Below, piece by piece: positions 19,830-31,491 of a DNA stretch of 64,000 bases. Source of the stretch: an uncultured Acidimicrobiales bacterium. Its GTDB lineage: Bacteria > Actinomycetota > Acidimicrobiia > Acidimicrobiales > UBA8190. Location: assembly GCA_963796765.1 (NCBI GenBank), contig CAWCMY010000005.1:173918-237917 (forward strand), read 5' to 3'. Under the pieces are notes generated by a model that had not been told where the DNA came from, did no database searches, and saw only the letters and a list, made by a program, of their open reading frames with translations. The translations under genes were made by a program, and so were the position numbers. Positions within the stretch are counted from its first letter, which is position 1. Every line of letters begins with the position of its first letter.

Positions 19830-20253
19830 CCCGCGATGGGTGCTCACAGGCCGGCCCGCCTCGAGCGCTCGACCACGACAACAACAAGGTGCACACGAGA
19901 AACACGATACAGGCTCTCCCTCCGCGCCAGGGAGGTCGATGGACCGGATCTCGGGGTCGCCCACCGGACCGTCTCAAAACCGCAGACGCGTGGCGGCCGA
20001 CCCAAATGAGGACCCCACGGGGCGACTGTCGATGTGACGGTGTGGCGCGGGTCCGGAGGCTGGCTGCACTGTTGCCAGCCTACGAATTGGACCTTACGGC
20101 GACGTGACGACGCCCGGCGGGGGTGTGGACTCCGCCGGGGTTGGCGGCGGCTAGGGAGCGTCGTCGACGACCACGGCCGGTGGCGAAACCGGACTCTGGG
20201 GCCGCCACCGAGCCGGCAGTGGGCGGGCGACGAAGGCGAGCCCTCGCTGGCGC

Positions 20254-21683
20254 TCACCCGTGGGTCGCGGCCGTGGCGAAGAACAGCCCGAGGTACGCCG
20301 CGCACCCCGCCGCCGCCTCGAAGAAGAGCCAGGGTACCGACCCCAGCGGCACCAGGCGCAGGCCGAGCAGCACGACGGTGCAGCCCACGGCGGGGACGAT
20401 GTTGGGCACGAAGGCCCGTCGGACCACGGTGGACACCGGAGCCCCGTGGCCCGGCACCCGGCCACGAGGTATCCCGGCAGACGGACGAGAAGGATCCCGC
20501 CCAGCGTCCCCATGGCCACGCCCACCGGGCCCATGCACCAGAGCCAGGGTGATCGAGAGCACCAGGTTGACCGTCACCTCGACGCTCCTGATGGCGCAGA
20601 CGGTCGGAAGCTTTCCCGAGCCGATCAGGATGTTGCCCAGGGCCCGGACCGGCGATGCCAGTGCCGTGGCCGCGGCCAGCACCATCAGGACCTGGGCGGA
20701 GGTGCCGTAGCCGGGCCCCACCCAGGCTCGGATCCCCGGTGAGGCCAGGACCACGAAGACCAGTGACGCCATGAGCCCTGCCAGCAACGTGACGCGGGTC
20801 CCGTCCACGGCGATCTCGGCCAGGGCTCCTGGCTCTCTGTTGCGAGCCGCCGACGACGCATAGGGGAAGAACACCTGGGCCATGGCGTCGAGGCCGTTGA
20901 TGGCCGCTCCTGCCAGCTTCGAGCCCACCGCGTAGATGGCGGCGTCGCGCAGACCCGAGGACGATGCCCACGATCATGACGTCGCCGGTGGCGTAGACCG
21001 CGGCCAGCACCGCCTGGAGCAAGAACCACCCCGAAAGGCGTAGCGCGTGTCGTCGTTGCTGCTTGTCGACCAGATGGGGGCTGATCCGTGTTCCGGGCAT
21101 GATCCGGCTGACCATGGACAGGCGCACCAGATGGAAGAGGATGGAGATGACGGTGGTGGCCACGGCCAGCATCACGATCCCACCGCCCGCCCACCACCAC
21201 GGCGATGCTGACCGCGGCGGTGGCCACGGTCATCGAGGCGTTGGAGGCCGCCAGGAGGTCGTAGCGCTGATGGCCGACGAGTGCGCCGCCGAAGGTGTCT
21301 CCCGGGATCGACGCCGCCAGTCCCAGCGCCAGCACCACGACCACGACGACGACTCCGGTCTGCTCCGCCGACGGGATGTGGACGAGATGGGGCAGCGCGA
21401 AGGACACGCCCACCCCGGCGAGCAACGCCAGGACGCCCAGGGGGAGGAGCACGAAGAAGGTGGTGTTGAGGGTGCGCAGGGCGAGCTCGGGGCGCACCGA
21501 GGCGTCCTCGGAGATGAGCTTGGTCGTCGCCCCCCCGAAGCCCAGCTCGAAGAGCTCGAGGTAGGCAACCGCACCACTGGCCACGACCCACAGTCCGTAG
21601 GTGGTCTTGCCCAGGTGGTGGAGCAGGATGGGCGTGAGCACAACGGCCGACAGCGCCGTGAGTCCCTGCGCGGCGTAATTCAT
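20254..21683 (-). pseudogene. Wzx-type oligosaccharide/polysaccharide flippase, four or more frame breaks
   Basis: MNYAAQGLTALSAVVLTPILLHHLGKTTYGLWVVASGAVAYLELFELGFGGATTKLISE… is collinear with the intact flippase at 55785..57476. Further transmembrane segments are recovered from three frames down to …LGLFFATAATHG-stop. Confidence 0.7.
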
Positions 21684-21860
21684 GAAGACGTTCTTGCCGA
21701 ACCGGGCCGGGAGGCGCGTTCCCTCTGGCGCTGGCGTTGCCTTCGGCCCGGGGCGCTGGGACCGCCCGCCTGGGGACCTGACGTCCGTCCGTCATGCCGC
21801 GTCCGGCCCGGTCGCCGCCCTAGCGCGCATGGATCAACCACTCTATGTGAATTTCAGGCA

Positions 21861-22880
21861 TTATTGGCGGCATCGTGGGGCCCGGCGGACCTGATGTGGC
21901 GTCCCGCGGCTTTGCTCGAATGCCGAGCGCTTCAGGCCGACCCCCGCCCGCACGGCGATGGCCGGCAGGTGCGATGCCAGCGAAAGCTGCGTCAGGCCCG
22001 GGAGCTCCTTGCGGTCGATCGAGGACGCCCGGCGCGAGGGCCGACGCGTCGCCCGAGCGCGGCCCGCGCCTCGGGGGCCCGTCCGGCCAGGAGCAGTGCC
22101 CGAGCCCGGCGGAGGTGCCAGCGAGCTCGCTGGCGGCTGGAGAGCTCGATCTCGGCGTGCGAGCGTCCTTGGAGCCAGCCGTCCCAGAACGCGAGCACGT
22201 CGTCGGCCACCCCCAGGCCGTGGTCCGATCCGCGCCACGCCCCGGATTGCCCGCTGTGCTGGACCCAGTGGGCCAGCGGCTCGGGGAGGTAGTACAAGGC
22301 CCAGCCAGCGTCGGCGGCGGACAGGAAGAGCTGGAGGTCGGCACAGCACAACTCGGGCCATGTGCGCGCCGGGCCCACCCACACCTCCTTGCGCCACATC
22401 GTCGAGATCGGCAGGAGGAACCATTCCTCGCGCAACAAGACGTCGACGACGTGGTCATGGCGCCCGCCCTCGAGGGGGACCGGCCACATCGACGTCTCTG
22501 TCAGGTCCGTAGTCCACCACCGTGGCGCAGCACGCCATGCCGACCGCCGGGATCGGCGTCCATGCACGTCGACGAGGGAGGACAGATAGGACGGTTCCCA
22601 CCAGTCGTCGTCGTGCATCACGGCCATGTACCGGCCTGTGGCCCGGTCGAGAAGGGCGCCGTGGTTCTTCGTGAAACCCAGTCGAGAAGGATTCCGGTGG
22701 TAGTGGACACGGTGGTCGCCGACCTCGAGCGACGGCCGGTTCCGCTGCGCCTGTCTCGTCGCCGATCAGGACCTCGAAGTCGCCGAGGTCCTGGGACAAG
22801 ACGCTGTCGAGGGCTCGACGCACGGTCGCGGCGTCGCGAGACACGGGCATGCACACCGACACGGTGGGCACCGACGTCAT
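21861..22880 (-). pseudogene. Family 2 glycosyltransferase, frame interrupted; 3' end uncertain (21861-21992)
   Basis: MTSVPTVSVCMPVSRDAATVRRALDSVLSQDLGDFEVLIGDETG is a GT2 N-terminal fold. It continues in other frames: …HRVHYHRNPSRLGFTKNHGALLDRATGRYMAVMHDDDWWEPSYL…. Confidence 0.7.
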
Positions 22881-23031
22881 CCCGGGAGGCACCTCCTCGT
22901 GGTCCAGGTCAGATGGTCTCGCGGCACGCGCCTGTCTCGAAGCGGCAGGGCACAGCTTCATTTTCGCACACCCCGGTCCGCTCGGCGGCGCCCGGGACCC
23001 GTCGCCCGGGCGCGACGAAGCGTGAACGGTA

Positions 23032-24372
23032 GTGTGCCTCATCGTGTCGAGCGCCGACGAGACCGAAGAGGCCGTCGACCGTCCGCGCCGGTTTCGCCTG
23101 ACGTGCTACTTCGACGCGGACTCCCAGGGTGGCTCCTCGGCCAGCCTCGCGGTCCTGATCGGCGCGCTCGACCCGGCATTCGACATCACGGTGATGGGTA
23201 CCTCCGAGTCGATGGTGCAGTGGGTGGCAGCGGCTCGCCCCGGTGCCAAGACGAGGGTGCTCGCGCCGGTTCGAAGCAAATTCGACCTGAGGGCCGTACG
23301 GGAGCACGTCGCGTGCTGTGCGGGAGCTCCGTCCCGACATCCTCCACGTCAACCTGGACAATCCGTGGACATCGCAGTACGGGACTGCTCGCCGGGGCCC
23401 TGACCCGTACGCCGATGGTGTCGGTGCTTCATCTCCCCACACCGCCGTGGCGACGTCGCCAGCAGTGGCTGGTACGGCCCTTCGCCCGCCGGGTGCAGGC
23501 CTATGTCTGTGTCTCGCGCTCACTCGGCGCGCTTCGCCGAGTCGGTGCTCGACCTGAAGCCGGGTTCGGCACGCGTCATCCACAACGGCATGCCGGTGCC
23601 CAGACGCTCTTGCTCCGCCGGCTCCGCCGAGCGAACCGGGCGCGCTGCGAATCGGCGCGGTGGGGCGCCTGGCCGAGCAGAAAGGTCTCCACACCCTGAT
23701 CGAGGCCATGCGCTCGCTTCCGCAGTGCCGGCTCACCCTCGTGGGCGAAGGCCCCGATCGTCGCCGCGCTCGAAGGACTTGGTCCGTCGCTACTCGCTCG
23801 GCGACAGAGTCGAATTCGCGGGATGGGCCGCGCCTCCGTGGACGGCGACATGGGCGTTCGACGTCTTGGCCATGCCATCGATCAACGAGGGCTTCCCGCT
23901 CGTCATCGTGGAGGCGATGTTGGCGTCCATCCCGGTGGTGGCGTCAACGGTGGGCGGGATCCCCGAGATCGTGGTCCCCGATTCCACCGGCCTGCTCGTG
24001 CCCCCCGGAGACCCCGATGCGCTGGCCCAGGCGCTGCGCCGCCTCGCCGACGACCCGCAGCTTCGCCGGGACATGGGGGCCCGGTGCCGCTCGGTGGCGC
24101 TCGAGCAGTTCACCGACAAGGCCATGGCGGCGCGGTTCGAGGCGCTGTACCGAGAGGTGCTCGCGGCCAGGACTCCGACCGGGCTCAGGGGCCGAATATG
24201 CGCTCGTCAAGGGCGTCGAGTATCGACGCTGTCAACGTCCACGTCGAACTTTCGGGCGAAAAATCGACCTGGTTCGATGAGCTCGTCCAGCATCGTCGAG
24301 GCTGAAGACGTCGGGGTGTCCGTCGGTGGAACTGAAACGGATCTGGTGGAGGTGGCCGTTGTGCACGCGTAA
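23032..24372 (+). pseudogene. GT4-type (GT-B) glycosyltransferase, six or more frame breaks; conserved region ends near 24180
   Basis: Pieces come from four frames: …LRPDILHVNLDNPW…, …RTPMVSVLHLP…, …RVIHNGMPVP…, …GRLAEQKGLHTLIEAMRSL…CRLTLVGEGPD…, and …GDRVEFAGW…AFDVLAMPSINEGFPLVIVEAMLASIPVVASTVGGIPEIV (EX7E motif). The open frame runs on to 24372, antisense to the next gene. Confidence 0.7.
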
Positions 24373-25159
24373 GAGCAGGGTCGTTGCAGACGATCGTGGC
24401 AGTGGCGGACTCGTCGGGGATCACGGTCCGGGAGATAGTGGCGAACGTAATCGGCTCGACCGTCGACGAAATCAACGACATGTTGCACCGCTCGCCGAGA
24501 AAGCCCCATCCACTGGGACCCATACCAACACGGGAAGGCCTCGGAGAACAGTGAACGGCTTGGTCGGATGCCCAGGCGCATGGGAAGCGGGTCTGGGTAC
24601 CGGTAGACGGTGAATTTCCGCTGCACTTTGTAAAGGACGAAGTTGGTGTAGTTGGCAGTGTCAGCGCACGCGTCGCCGTGCCTTTGGAGGGAGGCGTGCC
24701 ATGATCCCTGGACGGGGCAGAACCACGTACCGGTAGTTGTACCGGCGGTCACAGTCCATCTTCAGATCGGCGTCGTCGATCTGGTCGATCGGCCTCGCTT
24801 CGATGAAGGCGTCGACGCCGGATCCTGCCAGGGTCTCCTCGAGCTCACCGAGCGGTGCGATCGGGTAGTCCTGTTCGGAAAGCAAGACCACCCAGTCGAA
24901 TTCCAGGTTCTTCACCATCCACGACAAGCTCTTCCATGTCGCGTCGACAATGGAGAAATCGCCCCACGAGACAGGCGTGTCGCTCGTCAGGATGTCGACG
25001 CCGCCGATGGGCGCGACCTGATCCGTGCTCCAGGCCGACCGGAAGCGATCGTGATGGACCACAAGGTGAGCGTCGGGCTGTGCCTTGCGCAGCGTCTCGA
25101 GGAGCCTGAGCAGTTGTTTCGGGCGGTCGGTAAGAGGTGATCAGGTACGCGACTCGCAC
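24185..25159 (-). pseudogene. GT14 (core-2/I-branching enzyme-like) glycosyltransferase, four or more frame breaks
   Basis: MRVAYLITSYRPPE…VVHHDRF…VSWGDFSIVDATWKSLSWMVKN…FDWVVLLSEQDYPI…PCWYGSQWMGLSRRAVQHVV…IPDES…FARKFD. This order of motifs is characteristic of bacterial Branch-family enzymes. Confidence 0.6.
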
Positions 25160-26438
25160 CGCCGCATCGTAGCTAGTGCGTCGGCGTTTCCGAGATGGTC
25201 ATTGCCAGTGGGCTCGGCCCCGGGTTCGGCTGACGAGCCGGGGGTCTTCACCTCCTGCCGGGCAACGCGCACCGCGTCGGCCGCCAAGAGTGCCTCCGAC
25301 AGCCAGTACCGGAAGCCCAACCATCGGAGGTAGGGCCACGAGTCGCGCACGAATGCCAACGTCGTGCGCACGATGCTCCCGCTGCCGATCAGGTCGTCGA
25401 GGCACGTGGGGAACACCCGGATGCGCACACCACTGATCGGGCTCGTTCGTGACGGGCGGGGCGGCACGATGTCCGAGGTCCTCGGAGATAGCCCTGGCTC
25501 GTGTCGATGCCGGCTGCCCGGAAGCTACCCGAACCGCCGAAGGCGCGAGCGTTGAAGTCGATGAGCCAGTCAACGCCGTCGCACGTCGCGGATCACATCC
25601 ATGTTGACCAGGCCTGTGCATCCCACCACCTCGAGGGCTTGGCGTCCGAAAGCCACGAGTTGCGGGTCATCGATCGTCTCGACCTCGCTGGCGCGCCCCA
25701 CGGGCTGTTGCCACTTGGTCACCCGGTAGGTGAGCTCCTGCTCGATGCCGGTCGGACTGACGATCGCTGCGTAATTGAGCTTGGTGCCGTCGATAAACCG
25801 CTCGTAGAAGAGGCTCTCGGGTTCGAGCGCCCCAGGATGACGCGGCCACCTCGAGAGCACCGAGATCGTGGGCGATGCTCGACACGCTCGCCGCCATATC
25901 CCACCTTTTGCTTGACCACAACGGGAAACCCGAACTGCTCCGCGGCCTCGGAGGGTGAGGATCTCTGCGGCCAAAGTCACGGCGCGGCGTGCGAACTCCT
26001 GCATCACTCGAACAATCGCGCTGCCACGAATTTGTCGATCACGGTCAGGCGCCGACGCACCTGCTCGGCGACCTCGGGGCGCAAGAGGGATGCGTTGTCG
26101 CGAACCAACTCTGCCAGGGACTCCGCGAATTGGATGTCGACGACGTTCTCCCCGGCGAGGATCTCCTTGAGCGCTCCGACGTCGGACAAGTCAGCCAGGA
26201 TGGCGTAGCGGTCGAAGAGGAGCCAGGACGCGACCCGGGTCTTGCGACGCCCCTCGGTACTGATCCGTACGGTGCGAACGCCGGCGCGGCGCAGCGGAGG
26301 CGCAAGTTGATGGAATGCGGCCCATCGGCAATCGTCGAGGAACACCACCGTGGGGGATCCCCGGGGTCGGCGACGGCTTTCTCCTCTCACTCGCCGTGCG
26401 CGCTTTGCCATCTGATCCTGGTCTCGGGTCCTGTTCAA
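25141..26438 (-). pseudogene. ATP-grasp domain enzyme, four or more frame breaks
   Basis: Pre-ATP-grasp N-terminus (PTVVFLDDCRWAAFHQLAPPLRRAGVRTVRI…). The central part reads …FPVVVKQKVGYGGERV… and …LFYERFIDGTKLNYAAIVSPTG…. The C-terminal part reads GCTGLVNMDVIRD…DWLIDFNARAFGG. Segments were recovered from all three minus frames. Confidence 0.55.
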
Positions 26439-26697
26439 CGGACGACGCTCGTCTGTGGGTGGCAGTTTAGGCGTCTGACCGGTCCTTTGGCAGCGCCGAT
26501 TCCCTCGTCAGGGTTTCGACCGGCGCACCCGGATCTGTAGTGAATCACCAGGAATTCTTCGCTCATATGGGCCCTCATGTGACAGTTGCGTGCCATGCTC
26601 GAAGTCATGACTCCACGTCGACGCCCCCGATGAGCGGGTCGCGGTGGCCGGCGGGGGGATCGGTGCTGGTCGGACGACAGCCAGGCGTCACGCGCCC

Positions 26698-27795
26698 ATG
26701 AAGGCCGAAGTCGTCACCGAGCTCGCCCGGTTGGAGGAGTACGAGTCGGGGTGGGACGCTCTCGCCGTGGCGTGTCGACGCCCGCGCGCCGCGCCCGCTT
26801 GGACTCTGGCGTGGTTTCGACACGGGCTTCCGGCCGATGCACTGATGCGGACCGTGATCATCAGCGACGGCACCGCCGTCATCGGCACCGCCCCTTTCTG
26901 CGTCGACGCGCACAGGGGCCGGCTTCTACCGTTATTCGCCCGCCGCACCCATCCTCAATGGCGTGGCGCCGTTGTGCTGGCCCGGGCGCGAGGAGGAGGT
27001 CGGGGAGGCCATCGGGGCCGCCCTCGCCGCCGCCGAGCCCACTCCTGACATCGTGTCCATCGGATGGATGCCAGCCGCGTCTGGGTGCCTGGAGCCATAC
27101 GAAGGGGTTGGCTCAGACCACAGCCGGCGTTGATCGACGAACATCAGTTTCCTGTCCCGCGCGTCATCCTGGAGGACCGAGACTTCGATGCGTGGCTCGG
27201 GGACCGGTCCAAGAACTTTCGCAATTCCGTACGGTCGGACCAACGGAAGCTGGTTGCACAGGGCTTCGAGCACCGCCTGGCGAGCGAACCTGCTGACATC
27301 CTCGAGCGGATTCCGCACCAGCAGCGGCTCTATGAGAGTCGACGCGTCGACCGTGGAGGGTCGGGCGCCGCCTTCGACAGCACGTTCATGGAGATCGTGC
27401 GCGACGCCGTCACCAGATCCGCCCCCGGTCGGGTACGCCTGGCCACCATCGAACGACAGGGGGAGGTGATCGCCACCGACCTGATTCTCGGTTCGGGGGG
27501 AGAGTCGAGCTCATGGCTTCGGGGATTCGAGGAGGAGTGGGCACATCTGTCTCCGGGTCGGGCCAACTTGGCCTGGTGTGTCGAGGACGCCATCGCGATG
27601 GGGGACGACGTTTTCGACCTCGGCCCCGGACCCGAGTCGTACAAGGCGTCGTTTACGAGCGACGAGTTGGTGCTCCAGGGTCGGCTCCTGTCGCGGCGGG
27701 GCTTCTGGCCCTTCCACACACCGGCCCAGCTCGTGCCCTTCGGCACTCGGCAGGCGGCCGCCAGGATCGTCGGCCGATTTCGGGGCTCGAAATAG
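26698..27795 (+). pseudogene. Third FemAB/CelD-like GNAT acyltransferase, two or more frame breaks (about 26920-27060)
   Basis: MKAEVVTELARLEEYESGWDALAV… then …FDAWLGDRSKNFRNSVRSDQRKL…SSWLRGFEEEWAHLSPGRANLAWCVEDAIAMGDDVFDLGPGPESYKASF. Same architecture as 15235..16368. Confidence 0.65.
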
Positions 27796-27861
27796 CCGCC
27801 TTTCGATTTCCGGGCCCACGTAGCAAAAACCCACCGAGGATCCGCTTCTAAGGTCGCCGAC

Positions 27862-28339
27862 ATGGGTACGTTCGGTGGTATGGGTCGGGTTGCGGCGCGG
27901 GTCCTGTGGCCTCGCAAGGTTCGTGACGGTGTGGTCCGGGCCGCCGGAGGAATCTTGTTGCGCGGCTGCGTTGGGTGACCGCGTCGAGGTCGTCCTGGTC
28001 CATCGGCCCGGCCGGGACGATTGGTCCCTCCCCAAGGGGAAGCTCGATCCCGGCGAGTCCTACGAGGAATGTGCCTTGCGCGAGGTGCTCGAGGAAACCG
28101 GATATCGCTGTCAGCTGGCGAGCTTCGTCGGATTCAGCGAGTACCGGGATCGCAGGGGCAGGGACAAAGTCGTCGGGTATTGGGTCATGGAGGTTCTCGA
28201 CGGCGAGTTCGCCGTGTCCGACGAGGTCGACGACCTCCGTTGGGTTGACCTGGAGACCGCTCCTCACGTTCTTACCTACGAACGTGACCGAGAGCTCCTG
28301 GCTGCGCTCGACATCATCGGGTTGGCTCGCTCGGGCTGA
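27862..28339 (+). pseudogene. NUDIX hydrolase, one frame break near 27970
   Basis: Nudix box GKLDPGESYEECALREVLEETGY in ORF 27875..28339. The expected N-terminal strand (VRAAGGILLR) lies in a neighbouring frame starting at ATG 27862. Confidence 0.8.
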
Positions 28340-28386
28340 CGGGCGCTGCCTCGAGGGGACGGTCCTTCACTCGCCCTTCCTGAGAA

Positions 28387-28561
28387 TCAGGCGGCGAGAA
28401 GGCGGCCGAAGAAATCCCAGATCCTGCTCCATCCCGCCAGCGCGGTCCTCGGGCCTGCAGCTGGGCCGATGGGTGGCGAAGAAGGCGTGCCCGGCACCCT
28501 CGAAGGTGTGGAACTCGGCTCGCAACGCGTCGGTGATGGGTGTCCGCCGGGCTTTCTTCAC
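28387..28561 (-). pseudogene. Orphan C-terminal fragment of a dienelactone-hydrolase-like protein
   Basis: …FHTFEGAGHAFFATHRPS… followed in the adjacent frame by …GWSRIWDFFGRLLAA-stop. Only about 60 aa are present, and no upstream alpha/beta-hydrolase core was found. Confidence 0.4.
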
Positions 28562-28608
28562 AGAATCGAAACCCTGTTCTGATCCTTTTGCCAGGTTAGG
28601 CAGGCACC

Positions 28609-28911
28609 ATGGGAGTCGTGGAGACCTTCGTCATCGAATCGTGCAGCAGCACATGGCTCTTCGACACCGAGCGGATGCGGTTCCGACGGGTCCTGAAGGG
28701 TGCGGACGTCGGCCGCCATCCCGCCGTCACGGACTGGCGGCCGTATTTCGGGATCGACGTCGACCCCCGCTCCGAATCCTTCGTGGTCATGCTCAACGCC
28801 GAGGGCACCCGGTTGCTGCGCTCGTGGCGCCACACCGAGCAGTGCACGCAGTGTGATGCCCGGGCCACCGCCGAGGTCTCTCTGGACGAGGTGCGCGCCG
28901 CCAGCGCCTGA
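28609..28911 (+). CDS. Conserved hypothetical protein (100 aa)
   Basis: Intact ORF with balanced composition (…FVIESCSSTWLFDTERMRFRRVLKG…WRPYFGIDVDP…FVVMLNAEGTRLLRSWRHTEQCTQCD). It resembles small conserved actinobacterial proteins of unknown function. Confidence 0.5.
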   Translation: MGVVETFVIESCSSTWLFDTERMRFRRVLKGADVGRHPAVTDWRPYFGIDVDPRSESFVVMLNAEGTRLLRSWRHTEQCTQCDARATAEVSLDEVRAASA

Positions 28912-28930
28912 GCCGGAGCGGGCCGGTCTC

Positions 28931-28975
28931 TCAGAGCACGGTCTTTCAGAGCCCGGTCTTTCAGAGCACGGTGTC
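28931..28975. repeat. 15-bp tandem repeat x3 (tcagagcacggtctt / tcagagcccggtctt / tcagagcacggtgtc)
   Basis: Read directly from the sequence. On the minus strand each unit carries a TGA, and the innermost one is the stop of the metB-like gene. Confidence 0.9.
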
Positions 28976-30115
28976 CAGGGCCGGTCCAGGTCGTCGACGA
29001 GGTCGTCGATCGCCTCGAGCCCGACGCTCAGGCGGACCAGGTCGCCGGGGACCTCGTTGCTCGAGCCGGCCGCGCTGGCGTGGGTCATGCGCCCGGGGTG
29101 CTCGATCAGGCTCTCGACCCCACCGAGGCTCTCGGCCAGGGTGAAGATGCGGGTCCGGCTGCACACCTCGAGGGCCGCCTCCTCGCCGCCGTGCAACGTG
29201 AAGCTGACCATGCCGCCGAAGGCCCGCATCTGCCGGCGGGCGATCTCGTGACGGGGGTGGCCGGCCAGCGAGGGATGGAGGACGGTCTCCACGGCCCGGT
29301 GGCGGCGCAACAGGTCGACGACCCCGAGCGCGTTCGCACAGTGGCGCTCCATCCGGATCGGGCAGGGTCATCACGCCCCGCTGGACCAAGAAGCAGTCCA
29401 GGGGGCCTGGGACGGCGCCGGCGGCGTTCTGGAGGAAGCCGAGACGCTGCGCGCAGGCGGCGTCGTTGGTGGCCGCGAACCCGCCGATGACGTCGGAATG
29501 TCCGCCCAGGTACTTGGTCGTCGAGTGCACCACGATGTCGGCGCCCAGGCTGAGAGGTTGTTGGATCCACGGGGTGGCAAAGGTGTTGTCGACGACGACG
29601 AGGCAATCCTGGCCGTGCGCCAGCTCGGCGACGGCGGCGATGTCGATGATGTCGAGGAGCGGATTGGTAGGCGTCTCGACCCAGACCATGCGTGTCTCGG
29701 GCCTCAATGCACTTGTCGAGCTCGGACAGGTCGGCGGTGTCGACGGCCACGCCGGCCCGGCGGTGAACCTGGGTCGCCAGTCGGTACGTCCCCCCGTAGC
29801 TGTCGGTGGGCATGACGAGATGGTCACCGGGATCGAGGAGGCGCATGACGGCGTCCTCCGCCGCCATCCCGCTGGCGAAGGCGAACCCGAATTCGGCCTC
29901 TTCGAGCAGGGCCAGATGGGACTCGAGACTGGCGCGGCTCGGGTTGCCCGACCGCGCGTACTCGTAGCCGCGGTCGACACCCACGGCGTCCTGGGCGAAG
30001 GTCGACGAAAGGTAGACCGGGGTGTTGACGGCTCCGGTGGTCGGATCCGGGCCGCCGCCCCCGTGCACGGCGCGCGTCTCGAATGCGGTGCCGATCAGAT
30101 CGTTTCGGTCGCGCA
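28961..30115 (-). pseudogene. Cys/Met-metabolism PLP enzyme (cystathionine gamma-lyase/synthase type), three frame breaks
   Basis: MRDRNDLIGTAFETRAVHGG…YEYARSGNPSRASLE…FASGMAAE… / …VWVETPTNPLLDIIDI…VVVDNTFATPW…VVHSTTKYLGGHSDV (PLP-lysine motif) / …FGGMVSFTLHGGEEAA…FTLAESLGGVESLIEHP…. Frame breaks lie near 29700, 29370 and 28985. Confidence 0.85.
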
Positions 30116-31491
30116 TCGGCTCAGCGCGGCCCGCGCCGCCAAGGTGGCGAGCACGTCCGAGCGTGTGATGACACCGACGGGATGGCCCCGGTCGAGGACG
30201 ACCAGGGCGGGCGCGCCCTCGAGACGTCTCACCGCGACGTGGACCTGCTCGCCTGCACCGATGGTCGGGAGGGGGTCGCCCATCACGTCGCTCACGGGAC
30301 GCTCCAGCATGGTGGCGTCGGTGAAGACGCTGTCCATGAGGTCGCGCTCGCTGACCCCGCCCACCACCTCGGCCAGCACCACCGGCGGCTCGTGCTTGAC
30401 CACGGGCATCTGGCTCACGCCGTACTCGCGCAGGATGGCGATCGCCTGACGGACGGTCTCGTCGGGGTGGGTGTGGACGAGCGAGGGGAGCGCTGGGTCG
30501 CGCGCGGCGAGGAGGTCGCCGACGGTGCGTTCCGGCCGCCTGGAGGAAGCCGTAGTCCGCCATCCAGGCGTCGTTGTAGATCTTGGAGAGATAGCCCCGC
30601 CCGGAGTCGGGGATGTGCACCACGATGACGGCGTGGGGAGGGAGGTCGTGCCCGACCACGAGTGCCGCCGCGATGGCGGTTCCCCCCGACCCACCGAGGA
30701 GTAGCCCCTCTTCGCGCGTTACCCGCCGAGCGGTGGCGAAGCTCTGCGCGTCGGAGATCGCCACCACCCGGTCCACGACGGAGGGGTCGTAGGTCGTGGG
30801 CCAGAAGTCTTCACCGATGCCCTCCACCAGGTACGGGCGTCCCGACCCCCCCGAGTACACCGAGCCGTCGGGATCGGCCCCGATGATCTGGACCCCGGGA
30901 TTGCGTTCTTTGAGGTACCGGCCGATCCCGGTGACGGTGCCCCCCGTGCCGATGCCGGCCACGAAATGCGTGACCCGCCCACGCGTCTGGTCCCAGATCT
31001 CCGCCCCGGTGGTCTCATACTGCGCCCGGGGATTGTTGGGATTGTGGTACTGGTCCGGCTTCCAGGCGTTGGGCACCTCGCGGGCCAGCCGGTCCGAGAC
31101 CGAGTAGTAGGACTCGGGGTGCTCGGGGGGGACCGACGTGGGACACACGACGACCTCGGCGCCATAGGCGCGCAGGAGGGCGATCTTCTCGGATCCCACC
31201 TTGTCGGGGCAGACGAAGATGCAGCTGTAGCCGCGACGGGCCGCCACGATGGCGAGGCCCACGCCGGTGTTCCCGCTGGTGGGCTCCACGATGGTGCCGC
31301 CCGGTTGGAGCTGGCCGTCTCGCTCGGCGGCCCTCGATCATGGACAGCGCGATGCGGTCCTTCGACGATCCTCCGGGGTTGAAGAGCTCGAGCTTGGCGA
31401 CGAGGGTGCACTCGAGGTCGCGGGCGGTGCGGTCCAGCCGGACGATCGGCGTGTTGCCGATCAGGTCGACCAGCGTTTCGGCCACGTCCAT
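30095..31491 (-). pseudogene. cbs: Cystathionine beta-synthase (PLP domain + CBS-domain pair), two frame breaks
   Basis: [19 protein letters not shown]…[17 protein letters not shown] / [16 protein letters not shown]…GTGGTVTG… / C-terminal CBS pair (…VSQMPVV…VVLDRGHPVGVITRSDVL). It overlaps the downstream gamma-lyase start, which gives a reverse-transsulfuration operon arrangement. Confidence 0.85.

Noticed and set aside
22881-23031. Divergent intergenic regions 22881-23031 and 26439-26697 inspected for shared operator motifs.
   Set aside because: No convincing palindromes or repeats were seen by eye beyond generic AT-richer promoter-like patches.
29106-31289. 727-aa ORF spanning parts of two genes.
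   Set aside because: Its N-terminal two fifths are the cystathionine beta-synthase core and its middle is the gamma-lyase N-terminus, joined by out-of-frame Arg/Pro-rich filler. It is a chimera created by frame breaks, not a bifunctional enzyme.
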